Assembly: GCF_020745735.1 (NCBI RefSeq)
Contig: NC_083401.1
Coordinates: 138,815,740-138,879,739, forward strand
Source of the DNA: Hemiscyllium ocellatum
Lineage: Eukaryota
Length of the DNA stretch: 64,000 bases
Direction of reading: 5' to 3'
Shown: positions 12,821 through 24,665 of the stretch, in pieces
How the letters are laid out: each line of letters begins with the position of its first letter
Position numbering within the stretch: position 1 is the first letter of the stretch
Notes under the pieces: generated by a model
Seen by the model: the letters and a program-made list of their open reading frames with translations, nothing else
Told to the model about the DNA's origin: nothing
Database searches by the model: none
Program-made: the position numbers and the translations under genes

Positions 12821-13269
12821 CTTTTTCTTATTCCACATAGATGAGAATATCAGTGGCTTTAAGAATTGACATGTTTATCCATGGCAAACCAACATTAACT
12901 GCAAATTAAACCAAGCTTAATAGGGCACATAGTGGCAGCATTGCCAAGTGATCTAAAGTCCTGAAGAAGGGATACACCCCACATGCGGACTTGTCCACTT
13001 CCTGATGTTGCTTAGCTTGCTGCGCTCTTCCAGCCTCCTGCTTGACTACAAGTGGTCTAAAGTGTTGGATTAAGATTTCAGAATCTTAAAGGAGTCTTAT
13101 TCTGCAGTGGTAGTGTCCCTAACTCAGGTCCAAATGCTGCCCACTACGTAGGTATGTCATAGGATATCTGAGCATATTTTAAGAATCACATTAAATGGAC
13201 TTGTATAAAATAAAGTGTTTTGCTTTGATTGCTGCACTTCACTCCCATTAGTGCCCACAGAATGTAGCC

Positions 13270-13850
13270 CAACACCATGCCGTTGCTATGGTTTCCGGTG
13301 TTGCCGTTCTCCCCCCTCTTGTCCATTGTCCCCAACTCCCGTTTCCATGGTTTCTCACTATTTGCTTCATCTGCCGGGATTCCTATTATCCCTCAGCGCT
13401 GACGTGTGCCTATGTTGGCCATGAGACCGCGCATGCGCAGAGCACCGGGTGCCGTGCGCTGAGTGAGTGAGCGAGTGCCGGCGGCGACCTCTTGACGTGG
13501 CACTTCCTCAGTTTGTGGATACAGTGTAACACCGAGAGCAACCTCAGCAAAAAAACACAAGGCACCGGCTCCACCGAGCACCAGCTTGGAGATCGCAACC
13601 GGTTCTCAGCACCAGTAAGCAAACCGGCTACCGGGTAAATAACATTTGTCTCTTTCATGATTTTACATTTTCATCCCCTATTCATTTATTTCAAAGTGTG
13701 TTTATTTACCGCCTCTTTTTTTGCAATAATTCTGTCGCCCAACACCGGCATGTTACTAGACCGGCTATTTTATGGTGGATTGTTTATTCCTTTGGACTAA
13801 AGATGTAGTAATCCATCAGGTTTATATGTTTGGGTCGTTTGACGTGGCAA
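13270..13850 (+). promoter_or_regulatory. CpG-rich SEC24D promoter region
   Basis: Only non-repeat CpG-rich stretch upstream of the coding exons; NRF1 site CGCGCATGCGCA 13428-13439; TGACGTGT 13400-13407; TGACGTGGCA 13493-13502 and 13840-13849; ETS-like CACTTCC 13501-13507; Inr-like TCAGTT 13508-13513. Confidence 0.8.
13510..13634 (+). other. SEC24D: Probable non-coding exon 1 of SEC24D
   Basis: ATG-free segment after the Inr-like motif, with candidate donors CCA|GTAAGC (exon end 13614) and CGG|GTAAAT (exon end 13634). The start is inferred. Confidence 0.6.
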
Positions 13851-14009
13851 TTCATTCACTGTCAGGACTTCATAACTGGTCTGAGGTGTCATTTCTTCAA
13901 AGGGAAAGTAACTTTCAGCTGTCTTTGTCCTTTGATATGCGACAACGCACCATTTAAACAAATGCACGTTTTATGAAGTTGCCTTCTAATATTTTCGTGT
14001 TCCTTGTCA

Positions 14010-14365
14010 CAGTCGTAATGTTATTGGACTAGTAATCCAGAGCCTCGGGCTAATGTTCTGGGATGATAGGTTTGACTTCCACGGTGGCAAATGGTGAAAT
14101 TTGAATTCAGTAACAATCTGGAATTAAAAGCTAATGGCAATTATGTAGCCATTGTCAATTGTTGTAAAAACCCATCTGGCTCACTGGAAACAAATCTGCC
14201 ATCCTTACTTACTCTGGCCTTCGTGTGACTGTCGATCCATATCAATGTGGTTCACCCTAAATTGTACACTGAAATGGCCTAGAAGACCACTCAGTTCAAG
14301 GACAATTAGGTGTTAAATGCTGGTTCAGCCAATGACAACTACATCCCATAAGTGAATATAAAACA
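14010..14365 (+). mobile_element. tRNA-derived SINE (elasmobranch type)
   Basis: tRNA-like head (GTAATGTTATTGGACTAGTAATCCAGA…GGTTTGACTTCC); the 3' tail (AAATGCTGG…ACATCCCA) matches the 3' end of the LINE at 19355-20430. Confidence 0.65.
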
Positions 14366-15361
14366 GACAAAGCTTTCTAGATAGGGGACAAGTTTTGTGG
14401 AGTCAGGAGGTGAGTTAGTTGCTGCAGGATTCCCAGCCTGTAACATGTTCTTGTAGCCTTAGCAGTTACGTGTCCAGTCCACTTCATGTTTTGGACAATG
14501 GTAAAGCTGTCATAATCCCAGAGAACCATAGAGCTGCTCTCCAATGAGCCAGTTGGTGGTGAATTTAATCTGAGGGTCACGACGTCTCTGGTGATGGGCA
14601 AGGTTGAGATGGTGGGATCTTCATGGTGAAGTCAGTCATTTTGGAAATTGATGCCATCCTGTTAGTGTCAATCGTAAACCAGCTGTCCAGCTAACTAAGC
14701 TACCTGACACTCTGGTCAGTGGTATCCCAAAGAGGGGATTCAGCGATGGTAATGACACTGAATGTCAAGGGCCACTGGTTAAATATCAGTTGGAGATTGT
14801 CATTGCCTGACACTGTGAATGTTATTTGACACTTGTCAGCTCAAGTATGAACATTGCCTAGTGGTTCTGTGTTTGGACATGGGCTGCTTCGTATCAGAAA
14901 AGTTGCAAATTGTGCTGAATATTGTACAAACATCAGCATATATTTCCACTATTACAAGATCAGAAGTGGAGAGATCACTAATGAAATGGCTGAAGATTGT
15001 GGGTATGGGACTCAACCTTGAAGAGCTCCTGCAATGATGTAGTGGAATTGAGATGTCTGATCTCCAATAACCACAACTGCCTTCTTTTCTACCAGTTTTG
15101 TGTATGATTGCAACCAGCATCAAGTTATCCCTGATTCCCACTGACTTTAGTTTTGCTTGACTTCCTTGATGCTATGCTCAATTAAATGTGACCTTGGTGT
15201 CAACTCTCACTTCCCCTCTGGAATTCATCTGTTTCCTTCATGTTTGACTGAAGGCTGAAATGAAGTCAGGAATGGTACTGGTGGAATCCAAACCCTGTGT
15301 CTACAGGTTATTGCTGAACAAGTGTAAACAATGCTGATAGTAGCATTGTTGATGACACCTT

Positions 15362-15996
15362 TGTTCTGGCCCAAACCAAATCCCCTTCAAATATATCCAA
15401 GCTGAATGCTAAACTTTACTTATTCAAGGCAAGTGTAAGGTGCTGCGGTTCCAGATGTAATTTGATGGGTCACACTGCTCTGCTTTAAGCATAACACACT
15501 TTATTCTTACTCTATGGTTAAAATACAAAGAAAAGACAGAAAAATTGGTCAAACATTTAACTCTGCTAGAAAAGCTTAACAGAATAATAGATTATTTCAC
15601 GACTAAACGTCAACTGTTCCAATACAGTTATGCCTCATAACTATACCCTTAGCAAAGGCAAATTCAATAAAACAGATTGTCTTACATGCGATTATGTCAG
15701 CAGGAAGAGAACCTAAACTTTTCGTTTTAACAGAGACAAAGATGTAGCAGCTTTGACAACCAGCTTCAAAAATCCCAGCAAATTACTGAAAGCTAAACCA
15801 AAACCCTTGTTCTGTGGGAGCCTGACTCCACCCGTTCAAGCTGCTTCTATTGTTCCAACTTAAGAAAAAGACCAAGACCTCAAAAGCTGTTTACCTTATT
15901 GGCTTGGAGCAGATAGCTTGTTACCTATGGCTCAAAACATTTCTTTTAAAACAAAACAGGACAAATTACACCCCTCAGAGCCAATGTATTATCACA
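15362..15996 (-). mobile_element. Solo LTR (Gypsy-like)
   Basis: TGTT…TCACA termini, near-TSD CCTT/ACTT, similar along its length to 22765-23987; the flanks rejoin as LINE sequence. Confidence 0.7.
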
Positions 15997-16136
15997 ACTT
16001 GCATCACTTTACTGAGAGAGGACTGATGGAGTGGTAATTTGAGTTGGGCTATGTTGGATTTGTCCTGTTTTTCGAGTATAAGATGTTCCTGGGCAATTTC
16101 CACACGGTCAGGTACATACCAGTGTTGTAGCTGTAC

Positions 16137-16327
16137 TGAGTCAAAAAGTATGGCGCTGGAAAAACAGTCAGTCAGGTGGCATCCGAGAAGCAGGACAGTC
16201 AATGTTTCAAGCATAAGCTCTTCATCAAGAATGTCGCCTCCTGCTTCTTGGATGCTGCCTGACCAGCTGTGCTTTTCCAGCACCACACTTGACTCTGATC
16301 TCCATCATCTACAATCTCACTTTCTCC
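16137..16327. mobile_element. Penelope pLTR inverted-repeat (hairpin) insertion, older
   Basis: Two opposed pLTR ends (GCTGGAAAA…/…TTTTCCAGC); degenerate TSD TTGTAGCTGTAC 16125-16136 / TTGTTGCTATAC 16328-16339. Confidence 0.75.
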
Positions 16328-17024
16328 TTGTTGCTATACGGGAACCGCTTGGCTAGAGGCATGGCAAATTCTGCAACACACTACTTTGGAACTATTACTG
16401 GAATGTTGTCAGGATCCATAACTCTTGGAGTACTCAGTGCCTTCTCCACTCTTCAATGAACTAGGGTCTCTCCCTGATAATGTGATAGAGTGGGCCCAAG
16501 ACATTACAGATTTTAGTTGAATCTAACTCTGTTAATGGCCCAAAGCATCTTGTGAATGCCCAGTTTTGAGATGCAAAATCTGTTTGAAGTCTGTCCCATG
16601 TAATGCAATAGTAGTGCCACACAACAAAATGGAGGAAAGTCTGTGTTAAGATGGAATTTTGTCTCCTCTGTGACAGAGCAGTGGTCACACCTTCTGTTAC
16701 TATCAAGAACAAATGTACTGGAGAAGATAAGATGAAGTATTTTTCACTCTCATTGGTTCTCTCTCTAGCTTCATAAGCTAAAGGCATTGTTAGGTGGAAA
16801 TCAGCACACCGTTTCCTTGCCTATGTTTGATCAGATGCCATGTGGGGTCCAGAATCAATTTTGTGGATTCCAATGGCAAATCCTTCCTGACTGAATAGAA
16901 CTGTGCCACCACTTCTGCTGGGTCTGTCCTTAGTGGAACAGGACAACCCAGTGATAGGGATGGTGGCGAATTGATATTGTCAGAATTTTGAAAGATTAGG
17001 GAATCTGGTCTAATCTAATTTAAA

Positions 17025-17307
17025 AATAGACAAAGTCTTTTCCTCAGGGTCAGAGAGTCCAGACCTAAGGGGCAACTTTTTCACACACAGGGTGGTACAT
17101 GTATGGAATGAGCTGCCAGAGGAAATGGTAGAGCTGGTACAATTGCAACATTGAAGTGGCATCTGGATGGGTATATGAATAGGAAGGATTTGGAGGGATA
17201 TGAGCCGGGTGCTGGCAGGTGGGACTAGATTAGATCGGGATATCGAGTCGGCGTGGACGGGTTGGACTGAAGGGTCTGTTTCCATGCTGTACATCTCTAT
17301 GACTATA
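17025..17307 (+). mobile_element. CR1 LINE 3' end
   Basis: Closely similar to the element at 1-430, with a short internal deletion; CTCTATGACTA tail. Confidence 0.85.
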
Positions 17308-17544
17308 ATCCAGTGACACTACAACTATGCCATCGCTGCCTTTTAAAGTGAACAAACTATGTCCTTGAACATCCAGTACAGACTAAAAATGCTCTGGAAG
17401 GTGCAATTCCTTTTGAGAGAGCCCTTTGATACTTTCATCACCACTTTTGTTACCAGTTGTACTGGAACTATCTTGTTAACCACATTTTTTTTTAATGTAC
17501 CAGTACAATTCAGGTACCATGCTTTAAATAACTGGAAGTTTACT

Positions 17545-17810
17545 GGCATTTGTTTTTGAGACTGGTGAACAATCCATTGTTTAAGTCACTTCTCCATTTT
17601 CTTCTACGTGGATCATTCCTACTCCAAGATTCTCTTGGCAGTATGGCTACCAGAGGCATTAATAATGGCTGTAACATCATATTCACACTGTCAAATGTAC
17701 CAAATTGTAGATTAATTTACATCGTATTCCCTAGCCAACATGGTAACTCCAGTACCTTTTCAGTCTGTCCAGCATTGTCTCATTTTCAACAAGTGTCATC
17801 ACTTCCTGTA
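17545..17810 (-). mobile_element. Tigger/pogo transposase remnant (CENP-B-type HTH)
   Basis: Hand translation: EVMTLVENETMLDRLK/GTGVTMLAREYDVN*STIWYI*Q…AKR…KKMEK*LKQWI, resembling Tigger N-terminal HTH domains; stops and a frameshift. Confidence 0.6.
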
Positions 17811-19354
17811 AGTCATTGACTACTTGGTTCTAGTTCACCAATTGAAAAAACATCTAAGACCCAAAATGCCCTCTACTGTACTGCAGTCACTGATATTGAT
17901 GATACTAATATTGAACAGAAATGTAATGGACTACTGGTTTGGAGCAAGTAGAAAGATCACAAATTCCTGCAGCACATAACACAGTGAGCCCATGTATAAC
18001 ATGGCAGCTGATTCATGTGCAGAATTTGAAATAGTATTTCATCAGTGCATCCCTACATCCTTCACAGTGCATATTTGCTTTTTATTTTATTGGCCACTTT
18101 TACAACTTTTCCTTTCCGTCACAGAACCATAAATAATTGGGAATTGGTAATATGGTGCGCAAAATGAAACTTGCAGATCTAAGTGTGCTAATGATAGGAA
18201 CTTAATGCACTCAAAAGGTGTACCAGTCAAAGTATGAGGACTGTCTTCATAATTTGACCCGGTAAAACTTAACATCACTCTACTAACTGCGCTGTGCCCA
18301 TTCAGTGTCAATATGTATCTCCTGAGAGATGCTGAGTCCAAACTGTGAAGAAGTCTCACTAAAGGTAAAGGATGCCATTCCATTCAATCTTTTGAATGTC
18401 TTTTGTTCCTGTTACTAGCTTTTTACTTGCATGTTTGGACCCTCAAATTTCATTGCTTTTCTGGGATTTATAGTTTTACATCATTTATCTCCAAATTGTC
18501 AATACTCTATCTTTCTTCAAAGTAATGATCTTGCATTTGTCCAGGTTGAACTCTATCTATCCCAGTATTCCCACATACTTAACCTGCCTGTGTTTCTCTG
18601 CAATGAACATTTGTGTATTTGCCTTCCTGCAATATCACCTGGAATATAAATTCTTCTATTCCTTCATCTAAGCCATTAACAAATATGATGAATAGAGCAC
18701 AGGGCGCATATCCGACCAACTTTATTTGCACGCTATTTCTCACCACCCCAAGCAATTTCTGTTCCATGCCAGAAGACCATCTCCAGTTCTGTACACTGTT
18801 GTTTTTATTAATAATCCCTTGTATGGAATCTTGTAAAACACCTTCTGGAAGTCTTTCATTCCTGGACATTTTCTTAACTATTTTATTTAGAACATAGAAC
18901 ATTACAACGCAGTACAGGCCCTTCGTCCCTCGATGTTGCGCCGCCCTGTCATACTAATCTGAAGCCCATCCCACCTACACTATTCCATGTACATCCATTT
19001 GCCTGTCCAATGACGACTTAAGTCATCTGTGACTTAAAATATTCCAAGTCAGGACTGAAATTAAAGACAGACTGGCTCCCTTAGATCAGCTCTCATTTGT
19101 TCAACTGATCAGATTCAGTTATTAATAGCAGGTTCTAATAGTTTCTCTATAACTGGTATTAAACTGACAGGTCCAGAAATGGTCTATTTTCTATCTCCCA
19201 TCTTTCTTACGTAATTGAATGGCATTAGCAAATTTCCAATCAAACAGCAATTATCCTGAATCAAAACGCCTTTCAAAGATTGAGTGAAACTCCTACAATT
19301 TACTCACCTATTTCTACCTCTTTCAACTGCTTTAGAGTTATGTATTTTTTTTTC

Positions 19355-20430
19355 AGTTGGGATGTAAGCATTGCTGGTTGGTCAGCATTTATTGCTGTAA
19401 CTATCATTGAGAAGGTGTTGGTGAGCTGCCTTCTTGAACTGCTATAGTCCTCGTGCTAAACATAGACCCACAATGCCCTTAGGGAAGGAATTCCAGGGTT
19501 TTGACTGTGCCAATGAATGAATGGCAACATATTTAGAAGTCAGGATGCTGAATAGCTTGGATGGGAATTTGCAGGTGGTGGTGTTCCTATGAATCTACTG
19601 CCTTTGTCCTTCTAGATGGAAGTGGACATGAGTTTGGAAGATGCTGTCTAAGAATCTTTGAATTTATCCAGTCAATCTTGTATGTAGAACACGCTCTTAC
19701 TACTCAGGGAGTGGATGTTTATGCATCAGGTGCCAACCAAGCAGCTGTTTTGTCCTGTGTGGTGTGAAGCTTCTTGAATGTTGTTGGAGCTGCACCCATC
19801 CAGGCAAGTGGGGAGCATACCTGACTTGGCGTTGTTGATACTCGCAGGATTTGGGGAGTCAGGAGATGAGTTACCTGCCACAGTATCCTTCACATCTGAC
19901 CTGCTCTTATAGCTACTGTATTTGTGCAGCATGTGCAGTTGAGTTTCTGGTCAATGGTAACCCCCAGAATGGTGATAGTGGGGATTCAGTGATGATAACG
20001 CCATTGAGTGCCCACATCTGGTGGTTAGATTGTCTCTTATTGGGGATGGTAATTGCCTGGCATTTATTTGATATGAATGTTACTTGTCAGCCAAGTCTAG
20101 GTATTATCCAGATCTTGTTGCATTTGAATGTGGACAAGTTCAGTGTCTGAGGAGCTGCTGGTGCAATCAGCAGCAAAATTCCCACTTCTGACCTTATGAT
20201 GGAGGGAAAGTCATTGATGAAGCAGCTTTGAGGAGCTCCTGCAGAGTTGTCCTGGAGCTGAGATGACTGACCTCCAACAACCATGACCATCTTCCTTTAT
20301 GCTGGCTATAACTCCAACCAGCGGAGAGTTTGCCCCGATTCTCATTGATTCCAATTTTGCTTGGGCTCCTTGATGCCACACTTGGTCAAATTCAGCCTTG
20401 CTGTAAAGGGCTGTCACTCTCACTTCACCT
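19355..20430 (-). mobile_element. Non-LTR retrotransposon RT + 3' end
   Basis: EFDQVWHQGAQAKLESM…MVMVVGGQSSQLQDNSAGAPQ…FINDFPSIIRSEVG are RT motifs. Confidence 0.85.
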
Positions 20431-21224
20431 GTAACTCAGATCTGATCACTTTTTTCAATTAACAGCTTTTAAAATATATTGAATCCAATAAATTACACCT
20501 TTTGGATATATGTTTTTGGTATTTTATACATCTTATTGAAAATAGAAGCAAAGAACTAATTTGGCATATCTCAGATTACTTTGATTATTACAATAACATC
20601 TGCATCTGACTTTTAAATTCAGCTTACTCTTAACCTCTTCTAAACATATCTCTAAAATATTTTATGATTAGCTTTGCACGTTTTTTTTTGTCTTGTTTTT
20701 GCAGCTCTTAATTTTTTTTTAAGTCCCCCTATTTGCTGTATTCCTACTGGTCCATTCTGCTGAAATACACTTTGCAAAAACATTATGTTCTATTTTAGCC
20801 AATATGCTAACTATGGAAGCTATAAAGTAAAAGTTTTCCTCTTCTGGAATATGTCTTTATTCTTTCATTGTATTTAATGCTTCTTTGAATACTTTCCACT
20901 GCTTTGTGGTAAGTTTACTTGATAATGCTCAGACCAATTTAACATGCCAGTTTTTTTCCCATTTCTTCAAAATCAGTTTTTCTTAAGTTTAAAACATTGG
21001 TTTATGTGTGATCTTTCTTCTTCTCAAATTTAATGTCAAATCCTTTAATTACACTACTTCCTTATTCTGAGAATATAAGTTAATCCTAGTACTAAATCTA
21101 ATGGGGCTTTTCCCTTGTTTGTTTTACATGCTTCTGAAAGCTATCTTGGATATATTCTACTGCATTCTTTACCTTTATGACTTAAGCACTTTACATCTCC
21201 TAGATATAGTGAGCTTCCATCCAT

Positions 21225-21350
21225 GTGACACAGCAGACCTTTGGATTGCTGAAACAAAGGTTCAAAGCTCTCACCAAGAGGAAGAGCCTTGCCTTCCAGC
21301 ACTGCCAAAGGTTCCCAATTATTTTGGGTGGATGCACCTTATATGATTGT
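21225..21350 (+). mobile_element. Harbinger DDE transposase C-terminal remnant
   Basis: QTFGLLKQRFKAL…GCTLYD resembles the HARBI1-like E-x-x-x-G-x-L-K-x-R-F…C-x-L-H-N motif. Confidence 0.55.
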
Positions 21351-22764
21351 ACTACAAAAATCCTTTGCCATGGTTTAGAAAGAAAAGCAATTCAGTGGCA
21401 GAAGAACACCCCAGACAATTAAAGCTGGACCAAGGGTTTTAAAACATCTAATCTGTGATAGTAATTTGCAAAAGCCTAGCCTGGTGAAAAAGGCAGACCT
21501 TAACCAGTGCCATTAGCATTAATGCTAATGAACACCATTTCCTTTTTATAAGCAATAGAATTCTGTTTTACCCCAACTATGATCCAGGAGAATACCAGTT
21601 AATTCAAATTGTATTCACTCTAACTGTGTGTGGAGTGTGGATACATGTGTGTATTTTCCTCCACTGTTTTCTTTTTATGACAATACATGTCTTACTTCTG
21701 AGGCAAAAGCTTTTAGTAACTGTCCTTAGTGTGCGTTTCAGTGATAGGTCAGGCACAGTGCTGGTTATTGGTCAGTTATTGATTCACATCTTGAAATATG
21801 AACACCAGATGTATTCTGTGATAATTGCCTGAACCTGCAGCATTTTTACAGATCTGCATTTGTTTGAAGAACAAAATAATGCAGATGTATCTTTGATTTG
21901 TAAGGTAGCTATGCAATTTACTCCAGATCTTTCAATTTTCCTGTTGCTCATCATTTCTCCATGCTCCAGGACGAGTGTCAGCATATTGCTGAGTGACAGT
22001 GTCGAAGTGAAACTGTTGCAATCTGAATCTCCATTTTATTGAATCCAGGTAAGATGGAGTGTTCATCTTCCAAGGCTTCTACTGCCCTAGTTATGACTTC
22101 AGTAATGGAAGCTTTGCATAAGTTTAAGATCTCTGCAGCATGGCTTTTTGGCTGAGAGCCATGAGAGCAGGGCTTCCCAAAGTAGGTCACAATCTGGAAC
22201 TACAAGGTCCAATGCAGAGATGGCCGCTATGGAGCTTTGACTGAGTTATCACAGCTGTCTAACAGGATCTTCCCAAAACACTAGCTCTCAAAAGGCTACC
22301 CCTATTATCCTTTCACATTCGCACTTGGGTTGTGATGATCTTCAAACCTTGAAATGCAATCACTGTGGAGAAAAAAAAAGTTTGGGAATCACTGTCTAGT
22401 GTGACCATGCTTTCAATGGTCATTGACAGGTCAGTCAAGTGATTCTGCCTCACCTTGCATCGACAAATGTTCCAGAGACACAGCCAGTTGTAAAGGTTGT
22501 TTGATAAACTTTCTAATAACTCCATATTCTTCAGTGAAACTAATGGTGAAATGATATACCAGTCTAATCAGGTCCAAATTCCTGGATTCAATTGTTGAAG
22601 GAGTCCTCTAGTTCTCCACACAATTTCACTTACACTCCTGTAATGTTTCAAATCCATTGTGACTCATGGAGTTCCAAAGCAGAGTCCTGTTGGATTTGAA
22701 ACATTGGTCTTGGTTCTCCCCAGACCTCCTGAGTTTCTCCCTCACTTTCTGTTTTTATTCCCAG

Positions 22765-23987
22765 TGTTATGGACCAAACCAAACACCCTTCAGATATATC
22801 AAGGACATAACCCGGACCTAAACTTTTATTTCGAGGAAAGTGTAAGGTGCTTAGTTCCTGATATTCAATTGGTCACGCTACTTGGCTTGAAGCAAAACAC
22901 ACTTTATGCTTACCCTATAGTTGTAAGAGTAAAGAGTGAGGTCTGCAGATGCTGGAGATCAGAGCTGAAAACGGGCCGCCTACTTGCAGAACGCTTCAGG
23001 GAACACCTCTGGGACGCCCGGACCAACCAACCCAACCACCCCATGGCTCAACACTTTAACTCTCCCTCCCACTCCACCGAAGACATGCAGGTCCTTGGAC
23101 TCCTCCATCGCCAGAACATAACAACACGACGGTTGGAGGAAGAGCGCCTCATCTTCCGCCTGGGAACCCTCCAACCACAAGGGATGAACTCAGATTTCTC
23201 CAGTTTCCTCATTTCCCCTCCCCCCACCTTGTCTCAGTCGATTCCCTTGAACTCAGCACTGCCCTCCTAACCTGCAATCCTCTTCCTGACCTCTCCGCCC
23301 CCACCCCACTCCGGCCTATCACCCTCACCTTGACCTCCTTCCACCTATAACATCTCCATCGCCCCTCCCCCAAGTCCCTCCTCCCTACCTTTTATGTTAG
23401 CCTGCCTGGCACCCTCTCCTCATTCCTGATGAAGGGCTCTGGCCCGAAACGTCGAATTTCCTGTTCCTTGGATGCTGCCTGACCTGCTGTGCTTTAACCA
23501 GCAACATATTTTCAGCCTATAGTTGTAATACAAACAAAAGAAAGAAGAATCGGGAAACTTTGACACAATTAGAAAACCTAACAGAGTAATAGATTATTTA
23601 ACTACTAAACGGCAACTGCTCCAACATAATAACATCCCGTAAACACACCCTTGGCAAAGGCAAATGCAGTAAAACCGATTGTCTCACATGTGGTGTTTCA
23701 CCACTTTGGGTGAAAAGAACACCAAGAGAAAATTCTGGCAGATAGAGACAACTCCAGCTTTTTGCTGTGCTATTCCATTCAAAACACCAACAACTACTGA
23801 AAGCTAATCTCAAACCCTGTAAGAACCTGATTCCACCCATTCATGCTGCCTCTATTGTTCCAATTAAAACAAAAACACCCAGGGCCTTGCAAGATGTTTA
23901 CTTTACTGGCTTAGAACCGACAACTTGGCACCTCTGGCTCAAAACCTGTCTTCAAAATACAGCTCTTATATCCATAGCATTGATACA
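22765..23987 (-). mobile_element. Solo LTR (Gypsy-like) with nested Penelope insertion
   Basis: TGTTA…ATACA termini with perfect 4-bp TSD CCAG (22761-22764 / 23988-23991). Confidence 0.85.
22927..23515 (+). mobile_element. Young truncated Penelope-like element with inverted 5' tail
   Basis: Near-identical to about 12277-12820; 13-bp TSD CCTATAGTTGTAA (22914-22926 / 23516-23528); 22927-22970 is an inverted pLTR tail; intact hammerhead motif at 23422-23457. Confidence 0.95.
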
Positions 23988-24099
23988 CCAGGCCATGTGC
24001 CTAGAGTCTAGTTACTCGTCCAGTGACATTACCGCTATTCCACGATACTATCCTTTTAAATTTCAAAAATATTAAAATATTTCCTTTGCGGTTATCCTA

Positions 24100-24420
24100 A
24101 ACTACTTTATCCTGACTGTCCCATTTCATTCTTCCTTTCCACGCTAAGATACAGCTTTAACTCTGTAACCACTCAGTTTTATCCCACCCCATATTTGAAT
24201 TTCTTTTGAGTGTTCATCCTTGCACAACATTAAATTGGCCCTAATCAAAATCACCAATGACATCGCCTGTGACTGTGATGATAGTATATTATTTCTTCTC
24301 AAACTCTCTTTGAACGGCCAACTATCCTCCTTCATAGACATTAGATCGGGCTTTAGATGTTCTCCTCTTGACACCCAGCTTTACCAGATTGTTGTTCAGA
24401 TATTCATTATTGGGAGATAA
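24100..24420 (+). mobile_element. L2 LINE RT remnant
   Basis: ALIKITNDIACDCD…ILFLLKLS matches the L2 RT motif (TAL.KVTND…LLDLS). Confidence 0.6.
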
Positions 24421-24665
24421 ACAATTTCTGTTAATTAACTTTGGGAAAACTGGAGCTATCACATCCATAGCTTGATCTTTGATTATACCATCTTCCTGTT
24501 GTTTGAGTGATCGTTTGAATAAACCCAGGAGTCAGATCAACTTGAGTAATACAAGCGAGTGCTTTCTCCTGTGGGATCTAAAAGCATCATCAACTGGAAT
24601 GGTCTTGAATGCTGAGCAGCCAAAGGCTTACACATCATATTGATAACTTTTCAGCTACAGCTGCC

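Larger units (their letters stand above)
14375..16960 (-). mobile_element. Fragmented non-LTR retrotransposon (RT) hosting nested insertions
   Basis: Minus frames read RLGILQQLTHLLTPQNLS and IPTIFSHFISDL…YADVCTIFSTI; interrupted by a probable SINE (about 14515-14705), a solo LTR and a PLE hairpin. Confidence 0.7.

Noticed and set aside
1-13200. SYNPO2 exons (head-to-head neighbour in human) on the minus strand
   Set aside because: No PDZ-like (GGAPWGFRL) or other SYNPO2 sequence recognised in this window.
22659-23270. 203-aa ORF as a novel fusion protein
   Set aside because: Chance read-through across flank, solo LTR, inverted tail and PLE fragment; no splice or promoter support.
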